Source: SAR202 cluster bacterium | GTDB taxonomy: Bacteria; Chloroflexota; Dehalococcoidia; Lucifugimonadales; OSU-TB39 | DNA: 64,000 bases | Assembly: GCA_009392195.1 (NCBI GenBank) | Contig: VFGY01000021.1 | Coordinates: 10,855 to 74,854, forward strand | Reading direction: 5' to 3' | Shown here: positions 40,942-50,757 of the stretch, one piece after another | How positions within the stretch are numbered: the stretch's first letter is position 1 | Layout of the letters: every line of letters starts with the position of its first letter | Position numbers and translations under genes: made by a program | Notes under the pieces: generated by a model | Seen by the model: the letters and a program-made list of their open reading frames with translations, nothing else | The model's database searches: none | What the model was told of the DNA's origin: nothing

Positions 40942-41068
40942 GTATCTGTTTTGATAACTCTAATTGTAAAAGGACCATTAATTTTTGTTTTTAATGTCCT
41001 ATTAAAAGTTTTGTTGAAGCATACTTTTTGATTAAATCAACGATATAATTAGCCGGAGGAAGCTATAG

Positions 41069-41317
41069 ATGACTTATATAATTGCTGAACCTTGTGTTGG
41101 AGTGAAAGATGCGGCTTGCATAGATGTGTGTCCCGTGGATTGTATTTATGCTGAAGAGGAAGATGACATGTATTATATACATCCCGACGAATGTATTGAT
41201 TGTGCTGCATGTGAGCCAGTTTGCCCTGTGACAGCTATTTTTGCGGAAGAAGATGTACCAGCAGAATGGGATAGCTATACAGATTTGAATTACAAATATT
41301 TTGATGTAGAAAGATAG
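41069..41317 (+). CDS. Dicluster (7Fe, FdxA-type) ferredoxin
   Basis: C-x7-C-x3-CP..C and CxxCxxCxxxCP motifs; GGAGG RBS. Confidence 0.95.
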   Translation: MTYIIAEPCVGVKDAACIDVCPVDCIYAEEEDDMYYIHPDECIDCAACEPVCPVTAIFAEEDVPAEWDSYTDLNYKYFDVER

Positions 41318-41441
41318 TCTAATTAGAAGCAACTTTTTGATTTAGAGCTTGGTTTATATATAAAAGTTAGACCCTATGTGTTCGATAAAAATCGATCAAA
41401 TAAACGTTACTTGTTAGCATAGTCAGTCAGGTTGGAGTTAC

Positions 41442-44126
41442 ATGAGTAGTAAGCGTGATTTATCAGATTTAATTTCAAAGAAAATCTTGAAAACTTCGTC
41501 TGGAGATTATACTTTTTATTCAATACGAACGCTTGAAGAAGCTGGCTTTATTGATATAAGTAAAACTCCTTATTCTATTAGGGTATTATTGGAAAATGTA
41601 CTGCGTAATTCAGATGGTGGTCCAGCAACTTTCGACCATGTGAAATTAGTATCTTCATGGAGGCCAAATAATAAACCCACTAGTGAGTTCCCATACATGC
41701 CTGGGAGAGTGGTTTTGCAGGATTTTACAGGAGTACCTGTAGCTGTAGATATTGCTGCAATGAGGGATGCAGTCGCAACATTAGGTGGAGACGCATCTAT
41801 AATAAATCCTATTGTCCGGTCAGACATGGTTATAGATCATTCAGTCCAAGTTGATCATTTTTCTGTTAATAATGCACTTGATTTAAATATCAAAAAAGAA
41901 TTTGAAAGGAACACAGAAAGGTACCAATTGCTAAAGTGGGCTCAGAATGCCTTCGATAATTTCAACATTGTTCCTCCAGGTACAGGTATAGTTCATCAAG
42001 TTAATTTGGAATATCTAGCCGAAGTTGTCCTCAGTAACACTAATGATCAAATTGGATTGGCTTATCTTGACACATGTGTTGGTACTGATTCACATACAAC
42101 GATGGTTAACGGATTAGGTGTGTTGGGTTGGGGTGTTGGTGGAATTGAAGCAGAGGCTGTAATGTTAGGTCAGCCATACTATATGGTTGTTCCTGAAGTG
42201 GTCGGAGTGCGCTTAACTGGTAATCTTCCTGAAGGATCAACAGCTACAGATCTAGTACTTTCATTAGTTGAAGTTTTAAGGTCGGTGGGAGTTGTTGAAA
42301 AATTTGTTGAATTTTATGGCCCAGGGTTAAAAGATTTACCTTTAGCAGATCGCGCTACAATAGCGAATATGGCACCCGAGTACGGAGCGACATGTGGATT
42401 TTTCCCAATCGATGATCAAACCTTAAGATATTTGAAAGATACAGGTAGAGAAGGGTCTCTTATTGAATTAGTAGAAGGATTTGTGAAAGATAATGATTTA
42501 TATTACGATGAACAAAATGAGCCAGAATATACTACTAATATTCATTTTGATATATCTAAAGTTGTACCTTCAATGGCAGGTCCAAAGCGGCCTCAAGATA
42601 AAGTTCCATTAAATCAAGTTCCAGAGAATTTTAGCAACTCATTTGATAACATACCAAACGGGAATCATAAAATAACTATTGATAATGAAGAAGTTATTTT
42701 AGGTGATTCATCTGTGGTGATTGCTGCTATTACGAGTTGTACTAATACTTCTAATCCTTCAGTAATGGTAGGAGCTGGTTTGTTAGCCAGAAATGCCAGA
42801 AACAGAGGTTTAAAAAGGAAGCCATGGGTGAAATCGAGTTTAGCGCCTGGTTCTACCGTAGTAACTAGATATCTTGAAGCTGCTGGTTTAAACGAGGATT
42901 TGGATTACTTGGGCTTTAATACGGTTGGGTATGGATGTACTACATGTATTGGTAATTCAGGACCATTACCGGATCCAGTATCGGAATCAGTATCAGCCAA
43001 TGATTTAACAGTTGCTGCGGTTCTGAGTGGTAATCGTAATTTTGAAGGTAGAGTACATCCTCAAGTTAAAGCAAATTATTTAGCTTCTCCAATGTTAGTT
43101 GTAGCTTATGCTTTAGCAGGTAGAGTAGATATGGATATAGTAAATGAACCAATAGGTCAAGATGAATTTGGAAAAGACGTTTTTCTTAAGGATGTATGGC
43201 CATCACAAGAAGATATATCTAATACGATATCTTCTTCGTTAACCCCTGAGATCTTTAGGGAGCAATATGGTGCAGTTGTTGATGGGCCAGATGAATGGCA
43301 GAACTTGGATACTTCTTCGACTTTAAACTTTGCATGGGATGGGGGATCAACTTATATACAAAAACCACCGTATTTTGATAATTTTTCAAAAAATCCATCA
43401 TCGAGGCCCGAGATAACTGGTGCTAGAGTTTTAGTGTATTTAGAAGATTCTGTTACTACTGACCATATTTCCCCAGCTGGTTCTATACCTCCCAAGGCAC
43501 CAGCAGGACAATTTTTGTTGAGTAGTGATGTTCCTCAACATGAATATAATTCGTTTGGTTCTAGAAGAGGAAATCACGATGTAATGGCGCGCGGGACTTT
43601 TGGGAATATTCGTCTAAGAAATAAATTGACTCCTGACATGGAAGGAGATTGGACTAAACATTTTCCAAGTGAAGAAGTTATGAGGATATATGACGCTTCT
43701 GAACAATATAGGTCCGAAGACGTTCCTTTAATTGTTATTGCTGGAAAGGAGTATGGTACTGGAAGTTCTCGTGATTGGGCTGCCAAAGGTCCTATGCTTT
43801 TAGGTGTAAGAGCTGTAATAGCTCAAAGTTTTGAAAGAATTCATAGGTCAAATTTGATTGGCATGGGGGTTTTACCTTTAGTATTTGAAAATGGAGAATC
43901 TGCTGAGTCTCTGGGGTTGGAAGGAACCGAGACTTTCGAAATACTTGGTGTTGCTAATAACGTTAAGCCCGGATCTAAAGTTAAAGTTAAAGCCGTTTCA
44001 AATTCAGGAAAAACAACCGTGTTTGAAGTTTTAACTAGAATTGATACAGAAATTGAAAATCAATATTATAGGCACGGAGGGTTGTTGCCTTACGTGTTAC
44101 GCCAAATGATGTCGGAATCCAGATAA
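41442..44126 (+). CDS. acnA: Aconitate hydratase A
   Basis: QDFTGVP, IDHSVQVD, GTDSHT, AITSCTNTSNP, GCTTCIGNSG, TTDHISPAG, GSSRDWAAKG. Confidence 0.99.
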   Translation: MSSKRDLSDLISKKILKTSSGDYTFYSIRTLEEAGFIDISKTPYSIRVLLENVLRNSDGGPATFDHVKLVSSWRPNNKPTSEFPYMPGRVVLQDFTGVPVAVDIAAMRDAVATLGGDASIINPIVRSDMVIDHSVQVDHFSVNNALDLNIKKEFERNTERYQLLKWAQNAFDNFNIVPPGTGIVHQVNLEYLAEVVLSNTNDQIGLAYLDTCVGTDSHTTMVNGLGVLGWGVGGIEAEAVMLGQPYYMVVPEVVGVRLTGNLPEGSTATDLVLSLVEVLRSVGVVEKFVEFYGPGLKDLPLADRATIANMAPEYGATCGFFPIDDQTLRYLKDTGREGSLIELVEGFVKDNDLYYDEQNEPEYTTNIHFDISKVVPSMAGPKRPQDKVPLNQVPENFSNSFDNIPNGNHKITIDNEEVILGDSSVVIAAITSCTNTSNPSVMVGAGLLARNARNRGLKRKPWVKSSLAPGSTVVTRYLEAAGLNEDLDYLGFNTVGYGCTTCIGNSGPLPDPVSESVSANDLTVAAVLSGNRNFEGRVHPQVKANYLASPMLVVAYALAGRVDMDIVNEPIGQDEFGKDVFLKDVWPSQEDISNTISSSLTPEIFREQYGAVVDGPDEWQNLDTSSTLNFAWDGGSTYIQKPPYFDNFSKNPSSRPEITGARVLVYLEDSVTTDHISPAGSIPPKAPAGQFLLSSDVPQHEYNSFGSRRGNHDVMARGTFGNIRLRNKLTPDMEGDWTKHFPSEEVMRIYDASEQYRSEDVPLIVIAGKEYGTGSSRDWAAKGPMLLGVRAVIAQSFERIHRSNLIGMGVLPLVFENGESAESLGLEGTETFEILGVANNVKPGSKVKVKAVSNSGKTTVFEVLTRIDTEIENQYYRHGGLLPYVLRQMMSESR

Positions 44127-44158
44127 TAGAATAAATCAACATCTGATTTTATTGAAAA

Positions 44159-44338
44159 CTAGGCTTTGTACATAGTCCTTAAACAACGAGTACATACCGA
44201 TAATTGTTTGTTTATTCCGTTTATATTAACAGTTGCTTTTTGGGTGTTAACTTGCCATTTGGTCCTTGTTCTTCGCTTAGAATGGCTTACGTTATTCCCT
44301 GATTGGCTTGATTTTGAACAAATTTGGCATCGTGCCAT
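44159..44338 (-). CDS. rpmB: 50S ribosomal protein L28 (59 aa, missing from the ORF track)
   Basis: Translation MARCQICSKSSQSGNNVSHSKRRTRTKWQVNTQKATVNINGINKQLSVCTRCLRTMYKA; GNNVSHS..RT motif; two CxxC; AAGGA RBS; divergent from fakA. Confidence 0.96.
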   Translation of the reverse strand: MARCQICSKSSQSGNNVSHSKRRTRTKWQVNTQKATVNINGINKQLSVCTRCLRTMYKA

Positions 44339-44481
44339 AATATCACTTTATCCTTTCTTACCCTCTAAACATATCGTTAATTGTTAAGTTAACTTAATTG
44401 CTCAATTAATTACTGTATTAGATATTTATATGTCAAAAGTAAATGCTACCATATGATGAAAATTTGAACAATCATATCGAT

Positions 44482-46170
44482 ATGGATAAAAAATCAAAAA
44501 ATATATTGAATGGGGTAACCCTTGTAGAGATGTTTTCAGTGGCATTATCTAAACTTGAGGAAAATATTGAAGCGGTTAATTCTTTAAACGTTTTTCCCGT
44601 TCCTGATGGTGATACTGGCACCAATATGGTATTGACCTTGAAATCAGTCGTTGAAGCTGCTCAGAATGGTACAGTCGAATCTGCTGGAGAAGTTGCAAAA
44701 ATATTTTCAAAAGCAGCTTTAAACGGAGCAAGAGGTAATAGTGGCGTCATTTTATATTCATTTATTAAAGGGTTTTCTTTGGGTATAGGTGACTCAGCGG
44801 AATTAAATGATTCTTTATTTGTAAAATCACTTGAACAATCTAAAATATCGTCATATAAATCAGTTAGTAAACCTGTCGAAGGTACAATGTTAACGGTGAT
44901 ATCCCGTATCTATGATATAGCATCTAAAAGCCTCTCAGATGTATCAGGTTTAAAAGAATTATTAGAAATAATTGTTAAAGAAGCAAACAAAACTGTTAAA
45001 GAAACACAGTTTATGTTGCCTGTGCTGGAAAAGGCGGGAGTCGTAGATTCAGGTGGTTATGGGTTGCAATTGATTTTAGAAGGGATGTATCAATACACTG
45101 CTGGATTGTCACAATTTGAATCATTAGATGTTGGTAGCAAAGTACCAGATTTGTCATCGAGTGCAACATCTGGATTACTAGACTCAACAAGTGGTGATTC
45201 TGGATTCATGCAAAGTGGACAGAACGTTGACGATTTACACAATATAGAAAAAGACGATTATGGTTATTGTACTCAATTTTTGGTTGCAGGTAATAAACTT
45301 GATGTTGACGCAATTAGGGAAGATATAAGTAAAATCGGATCTTCGACTGTTGTAATTGGAGATGTAAATAATGTAAGGATACATGTTCATATAGAAGACC
45401 CTGGGTCAGCTATATCTTTTATGATTTCTTATGGGGTTATAAGCGAAGTATCTATTCAAAACATGGATCAACAGCATGAGGAATTTAGGGGTAAAATACC
45501 AACTCAGGTAAATGGTTTCTCAATAATTGCTGTAGCTGCAGGATCTGGTATTTGTGAATTATTTAGACAATATGGTGTAGATGCTATTGTAGAGGCGGGT
45601 CAAACTAGTAATCCATCTATAAAACAATTACTTGATGCTATAGACAAAGTTGATTCAGAAGAAGTTGTTTTATTACCAAACAATTCAAACATAATATTAT
45701 CAGCAAATGAAGCTGCAAAATCTTCTGATAAAAATGTTAGTGTGATTCCATCTAAATCGATACCGCAAGGAATAAGCGCCCTGTTAGCTCTTGATAAAGA
45801 AAAACCGTTGGAACTGAATTTGCCATCTGCATTAGATGTTATTGAAGATATTTGTGTGGGAGAAATTGCTAAGTCTGTTAGGCCGTTTAAGATAGATGGT
45901 GGAGCGGAGATTGAAAAAGGAGAATATTTAGGAGTATTGAATGGTGAAGTAGTGGTTGGTGGTAAGGATCTAGTTCGAGTTGCCTTGGATCTGATAAGAA
46001 AGGGACTTACCGACTCTTTTGAGTTAGTTAGTATATATTGGTCAGATTCTGTGGGTTTAAATTTGGCGGAAGAAATAAGTAATGCTATAGCTGATAACTT
46101 TGAAAATATAGATGTTGAAATTTTTGAAGGAAACCAACCAATTTATGACCTAATTATATCGATGGAGTGA
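44482..46170 (+). CDS. fakA: DAK2-domain fatty acid kinase catalytic subunit (FakA/YloV)
   Basis: LNVFPVPDGDTGTNM, GARGNSGVIL, PVEGTMLTV, GVVDSGG, YGYCT.F, HVH..DPG, NPS, LPNNSN. Confidence 0.92.
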   Translation: MDKKSKNILNGVTLVEMFSVALSKLEENIEAVNSLNVFPVPDGDTGTNMVLTLKSVVEAAQNGTVESAGEVAKIFSKAALNGARGNSGVILYSFIKGFSLGIGDSAELNDSLFVKSLEQSKISSYKSVSKPVEGTMLTVISRIYDIASKSLSDVSGLKELLEIIVKEANKTVKETQFMLPVLEKAGVVDSGGYGLQLILEGMYQYTAGLSQFESLDVGSKVPDLSSSATSGLLDSTSGDSGFMQSGQNVDDLHNIEKDDYGYCTQFLVAGNKLDVDAIREDISKIGSSTVVIGDVNNVRIHVHIEDPGSAISFMISYGVISEVSIQNMDQQHEEFRGKIPTQVNGFSIIAVAAGSGICELFRQYGVDAIVEAGQTSNPSIKQLLDAIDKVDSEEVVLLPNNSNIILSANEAAKSSDKNVSVIPSKSIPQGISALLALDKEKPLELNLPSALDVIEDICVGEIAKSVRPFKIDGGAEIEKGEYLGVLNGEVVVGGKDLVRVALDLIRKGLTDSFELVSIYWSDSVGLNLAEEISNAIADNFENIDVEIFEGNQPIYDLIISME

Positions 46171-46271
46171 TATAGTGATTTGGTTAGGGTACTGCAAAGA
46201 ACTTTGTGAGTATAGTGTAGGTTAGTTCTTTTAAGGGTTGAGTAAAATAAATAATTTAGAGGAGGTTTAAC

Positions 46272-47108
46272 TTGGGTGTAAAAATAATAACGGATAGTAC
46301 TTCTGATATACCGGAATCGGTTGTTTCCGATTTAGATATAGAGGTGGTACCTTTAAATATACACATTGGACAAGATGATTTTAAACATGGAGTTGATATT
46401 GGTACCGATGAATTTTATACCAAACTATTGACTGGTTCCCAGTTGCCTAAAACTTCTCAACCATCTCCGGGAGAATTTTTGGATGTATACAATAAATTTT
46501 TAGATAAATCAGATGCTATAGTTTCTATACATGTAACCTCAAAATTGAGTGGTACTTATAACTCAGCGATACAGGCCAAAAGTGAATTGAATACAACTAA
46601 GCCAATTGAAATCGTAGATAGTGCCACTGTTAGCATGGCTTTGGGGTTAATTGTGATAAGAGCAGCTAAACTAGCAAAAGAAGGTGGAACTCTAGAACAA
46701 GTTGTGAAAGAAATAGATGAGTGTTCCCGCAAGTCTGAGGTTCTCGTTGTGCTTGACACTCTGGAGTATCTTGCAAAAGGTGGTAGGATTGGAAAAGCTA
46801 GTGCACTAATTGGATCGATTCTAAGTGTGAAACCTATTTTGACCGTTGCAGATGGTGTTGTAGATACTTTTGGTAAAGCAAGAACATTTACAAAAGCTAT
46901 GAATAGTCTGGAAGAAGCTATTAAAGGATTTACTCCTGTTACAGATATGTCTGTGTTTTATAGTACAGATAAGAACATATCAGATGATATGATTGACAGA
47001 TTATCTGGCATTGTTGAAGCTGATAGATTGGTGGTTTCTCGTATAGGTCCTACAGTTGGTACTTATGCTGGGCCAAAGGCTATTGCTGTAGCAGTTATAA
47101 AGGAATAA
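46272..47108 (+). CDS. DegV family fatty-acid-binding protein (FakB)
   Basis: ITDST.D, PKTSQPS, SKLSGTYNSA, L.YL.KGGRIG, KPIL; GGAGG RBS with TTG start. Confidence 0.93.
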   Translation: MGVKIITDSTSDIPESVVSDLDIEVVPLNIHIGQDDFKHGVDIGTDEFYTKLLTGSQLPKTSQPSPGEFLDVYNKFLDKSDAIVSIHVTSKLSGTYNSAIQAKSELNTTKPIEIVDSATVSMALGLIVIRAAKLAKEGGTLEQVVKEIDECSRKSEVLVVLDTLEYLAKGGRIGKASALIGSILSVKPILTVADGVVDTFGKARTFTKAMNSLEEAIKGFTPVTDMSVFYSTDKNISDDMIDRLSGIVEADRLVVSRIGPTVGTYAGPKAIAVAVIKE

Positions 47109-47160
47109 TATTCGGAAATTTTGGATAGAGTATTAGCTTTTATTTAAAGGATGTTTCTAC

Positions 47161-49614
47161 TTGGCAATGTGTGAACAAGGAACTTTCCAATCGACTAAGT
47201 TAAATACATTTAAGAATATACTTGAACAGGAATTAGATTCTGGGTTTGATGATAGCGTAGTTATAGGCGGGGTAGATGCATTTATTGATAGATGGAAGAT
47301 AGAACTTTCATCGGGATTAGGTGAGTTGCCTTGTTATTCAAAGCTTTCAAAACCAAAGCGTAAATTATGGATTTCTAGTATTTTGAAAAAAATTTCGGAA
47401 GCCAACGTTGGGCAACATTTGAACAAAACAAATTCCAAAAGCCTTAACAATAAAGCCAATAAGATTCAAAAAAAATCGACTAAACTGACTGATAGTGTGT
47501 ACCAGATCGAAGGTATGACTAGAAGAAATATTTCAGAATCTGAATTAGCAAAACTAAATATAAATAATATTAACGATTTATTGTATTTTGTTCCTAATCG
47601 CCACAATGACTTTGGGGATATCCGTAAAGTATCAGATTTACAAGATGGACAAGATCAAACTATCATGGCGAATGTTTGGGAAGGAAGTGTGAAAAAGATT
47701 AGGCCAAGGTTATGGTCTATAAAGGTAATTGTTGGTGATGACAGCGGTAATGTTTCATGTAATTGGTTTAGGCATGGATATAAGAAACCATATTTGCTAA
47801 GTGCATTTAAGCCTGGCACTAAATTGGTTATAAGCGGTAAGACAAGTTTGTTTGCTGGAAGAATAACCTTTCAATCTCCTGAATACGAATTGGTTAATGA
47901 ATCGGCTGACTCTTTGGTTCATACAAGTGGGTTGGTGCCTGTATACCCAATAACTGAAGGTATAACGCAGAGACGTATTAGAACTGTTGTGAAAAAGGCA
48001 GTTGATTCTATGGCGGATGAAGTCAATGATCATTTGCCAAATCACTTGAAAAAAGAATTGAAATTTATGAACCTTTCTAGTGCTATAAAAAACATACATT
48101 ACCCAGATTCTATATTGCAGTATAACGAAGCGAGAAGAAGATTGGCTTTCGATGAGTTTTTTGTTCTTCAATTAGCTGTTTTAATGAGGAAATTGTCTTT
48201 AAAGACAGAAAATCATTTTTTAGATCTTAATATAGATTTAAACAAAATAAATGGCTTTATTGATTTGCTTCCCTTCAAACTAACGGATTCACAAAATTTG
48301 GTGATTGAGGAAATTCTCCATGATTTAAATAGTCAGGTAGTAATGAATAGATTGTTGCAAGGAGATGTAGGTAGTGGCAAAACAGTTGTAGCGCTCGTTG
48401 CTATGCTTGCATTAGTTTTTGATGGATATCAAGTAGCATTGATGGCACCAACTGAAATATTGGCGCAACAACATTATGCTACTTTATCGAGATTATTGTC
48501 ATCTGGTCACATTATCGAAAGAGAAGAAAATTATATTGTTTTGAAGTTGCCGGATTTTGACAAAACTATAACGATGGGGATATTGATTGGAAGTATGAAG
48601 CAATCCGCTAAAAAGATTATTGTTGAAAAATTGAATCAAAAAGAAATCAATATAATAGTTGGTACCCATGCTTTAATTCAGGATGATGTCAATATTCCCA
48701 ATATGGGCTTAGCTGTTGTCGATGAACAACATAGATTCGGAGTGGAACAAAGGTCAATTCTTCGAAAGAAAAGTGATAATCCTCACATGTTGGCTATGTC
48801 AGCGACTCCTATCCCTCGGTCTTTGAATTTGACTGTGTATGGAGATTTGGATATATCGATATTGAATGAATTACCACAAGGTAGAAAGGAAATTAAAACT
48901 CGCTTCATAAACGATGAAGACAGGTTTAAAGCATATGAATTTACTAGGCAACAAGTAGAAAAGGGTAGGCAAGCTTTTGTTTTATGCCCGCTCATTGAAG
49001 AATCTGAAGTGTTGCAAACCAAAGCTGCTACTGAAGAGTATGAAAAGCTTGTATCAGACATTTATCCTGAATTCAATGTGGGATTATTGCATGGCAGGAT
49101 GAAGTTAATTGAAAAAGATGAAGTAATGATTCAATTCCAAAATCATGACATTGATATTTTGGTATGTACTCCAGTGATTGAAGTAGGAATTGATATCCCT
49201 AATGCAAGTGTGATGATAATAGATGGAGCGGATCGGTTTGGATTAGCTCAATTGCACCAAATAAGAGGTAGGGTTGGGAGGGGTCAGTTTCAAAGCTATT
49301 GTATTTTAATTGCTGATGCCCCGAGTGAAAATGCTCAATTTAGATTAAAGTTATTAGAAGGTAGTAATGATGGATTTGAACTAGCTGAAGAAGATTTGAA
49401 ATTACGTGGTCCAGGTGATTATCTGGGAACTAGGCAGAGTGGGTTACCAAATTTTAAAGTCGCACAAATTAGTGATTTTGAAATTTTGCATCAGGCACGT
49501 GAAGCAGCGTCAAAACTTCTGATTCGTGATCCTAAATTACAACATAAAGATAATTTTGATTTAAGCAAATTGGTAATAGGATATGAAGAGAGATTGTACT
49601 CTGATATCAACTGA
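47161..49614 (+). CDS. recG: ATP-dependent DNA helicase RecG
   Basis: MNRLLQGDVGSGKT, MAPTEILA.QH, DEQHRFG, SATPIPR, QIRGRVGRG, DGFELAEEDL.LRGPG..LGTRQSG. Confidence 0.98.
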   Translation: MAMCEQGTFQSTKLNTFKNILEQELDSGFDDSVVIGGVDAFIDRWKIELSSGLGELPCYSKLSKPKRKLWISSILKKISEANVGQHLNKTNSKSLNNKANKIQKKSTKLTDSVYQIEGMTRRNISESELAKLNINNINDLLYFVPNRHNDFGDIRKVSDLQDGQDQTIMANVWEGSVKKIRPRLWSIKVIVGDDSGNVSCNWFRHGYKKPYLLSAFKPGTKLVISGKTSLFAGRITFQSPEYELVNESADSLVHTSGLVPVYPITEGITQRRIRTVVKKAVDSMADEVNDHLPNHLKKELKFMNLSSAIKNIHYPDSILQYNEARRRLAFDEFFVLQLAVLMRKLSLKTENHFLDLNIDLNKINGFIDLLPFKLTDSQNLVIEEILHDLNSQVVMNRLLQGDVGSGKTVVALVAMLALVFDGYQVALMAPTEILAQQHYATLSRLLSSGHIIEREENYIVLKLPDFDKTITMGILIGSMKQSAKKIIVEKLNQKEINIIVGTHALIQDDVNIPNMGLAVVDEQHRFGVEQRSILRKKSDNPHMLAMSATPIPRSLNLTVYGDLDISILNELPQGRKEIKTRFINDEDRFKAYEFTRQQVEKGRQAFVLCPLIEESEVLQTKAATEEYEKLVSDIYPEFNVGLLHGRMKLIEKDEVMIQFQNHDIDILVCTPVIEVGIDIPNASVMIIDGADRFGLAQLHQIRGRVGRGQFQSYCILIADAPSENAQFRLKLLEGSNDGFELAEEDLKLRGPGDYLGTRQSGLPNFKVAQISDFEILHQAREAASKLLIRDPKLQHKDNFDLSKLVIGYEERLYSDIN

Positions 49615-49672
49615 AGTTTATCTTTTTCAATCTGCTGTCACGGCTGCTAGCATTACTACTTAATTATCGAAG

Positions 49673-49701
49673 TTGACACTTGTATTTTCCGTATATAAGA
49701 T
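49673..49701 (+). promoter_or_regulatory. Near-consensus sigma70 promoter of the DHDPS-like/MfnB-TusA operon
   Basis: TTGACA (49673-78), 17 bp, TAAGAT (49696-701). Confidence 0.7.
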
Positions 49702-49761
49702 GAATCTGATGGACCTTTAATAAATCTAAAGTAAAACTACCAGGATAAATCGATAAACTAA

Positions 49762-50757
49762 ATGGTTGATTACAAGAAAAATGAATCTAAAGATTGGGCT
49801 AAATCATATTTAAAAGGCCAATGGTCTACTTTAGTAACTCCATTTACCCCCGATGGATCTCTAGACGTTGATGGATTAATATCCAATATAAGTCATATAT
49901 CAGACCTAGGTGTTTCGGGTTTAGGCTGCACTTGGGGGATGGGTGAATTTTGGAGCTTAACACTAGAAGAAAGAATGAAAATTTATGACCTAGTGGCCGA
50001 ACATGCAGGAGATAAACTGCATGTAGCAGCTCATGTAACGCATTCAAGTGTTCAAGATATGTTGAACCTTGCAGAAAAAGCTCAAAATACAGGATTTGAT
50101 TTATTGATTGTTACATCACCATATATTGTAGCTAAAAGTCCAAGCCAAGTGTTTGAGTTTGTCTCAAAGTTAGCTGAAAATACAGATTTGGCTATAATGT
50201 TCTACAATTCTCCACAGTTCGGGATAGTTTTGCAACCTGAATGGTTAAGTAAAGTTTCTGAAATCCAGAATGTTGTTGGCGTTAAGGAGGCTAGTTTCGA
50301 TAGAGAACTTTCAATAAACACCCATTTGTTAATTGGAGATAAGGTAGTAATTAGTACTCCAGATGAATGGATTTTTTTCAAAGGGAAAGAGATGGGTTTT
50401 GAACAGCAAGTAATGTTTGCAAATACATCTGATTGGAGATTCGATACGAAAGAAAATAATTACTATGTGGATTTTGTTAATAATGCAGTGAAAGGTGATT
50501 TGAACGAAGAGTTCTATGAAAAATATATAAAACCGATTAAAGGCGTCTCTGATAAATGGTGGATGAAAACAGTACAAAAAAACAACGGAGTTTTACCTGT
50601 TTCATTATGTAAATATTGGGGAGAACTTATGGGTATGGCAGGTGGTCCACCTAGATTGCCACTTTTTGATTTAAATGATGAAGAAAAAAACCAATTGGAA
50701 ATTGATATATCTAATGCGAGAAAAGAAATTATGATTAATGTTAAGGATAAAGTCTAA
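49762..50757 (+). CDS. DHDPS-family class I aldolase/lyase (non-DapA subfamily)
   Basis: LVTPFTPDGSLD, WGMGEFWSLTLEER, SPY, IMFYN, Schiff-base Lys in GVKEAS, G..GGPPRLPL; N-terminal 'YKK.ESKDWAK' extension. Confidence 0.88.
   Translation: MVDYKKNESKDWAKSYLKGQWSTLVTPFTPDGSLDVDGLISNISHISDLGVSGLGCTWGMGEFWSLTLEERMKIYDLVAEHAGDKLHVAAHVTHSSVQDMLNLAEKAQNTGFDLLIVTSPYIVAKSPSQVFEFVSKLAENTDLAIMFYNSPQFGIVLQPEWLSKVSEIQNVVGVKEASFDRELSINTHLLIGDKVVISTPDEWIFFKGKEMGFEQQVMFANTSDWRFDTKENNYYVDFVNNAVKGDLNEEFYEKYIKPIKGVSDKWWMKTVQKNNGVLPVSLCKYWGELMGMAGGPPRLPLFDLNDEEKNQLEIDISNARKEIMINVKDKV

Noticed and set aside
44166-44387. 73-aa plus-strand ORF
   Set aside because: It is the shadow of rpmB on the opposite strand.
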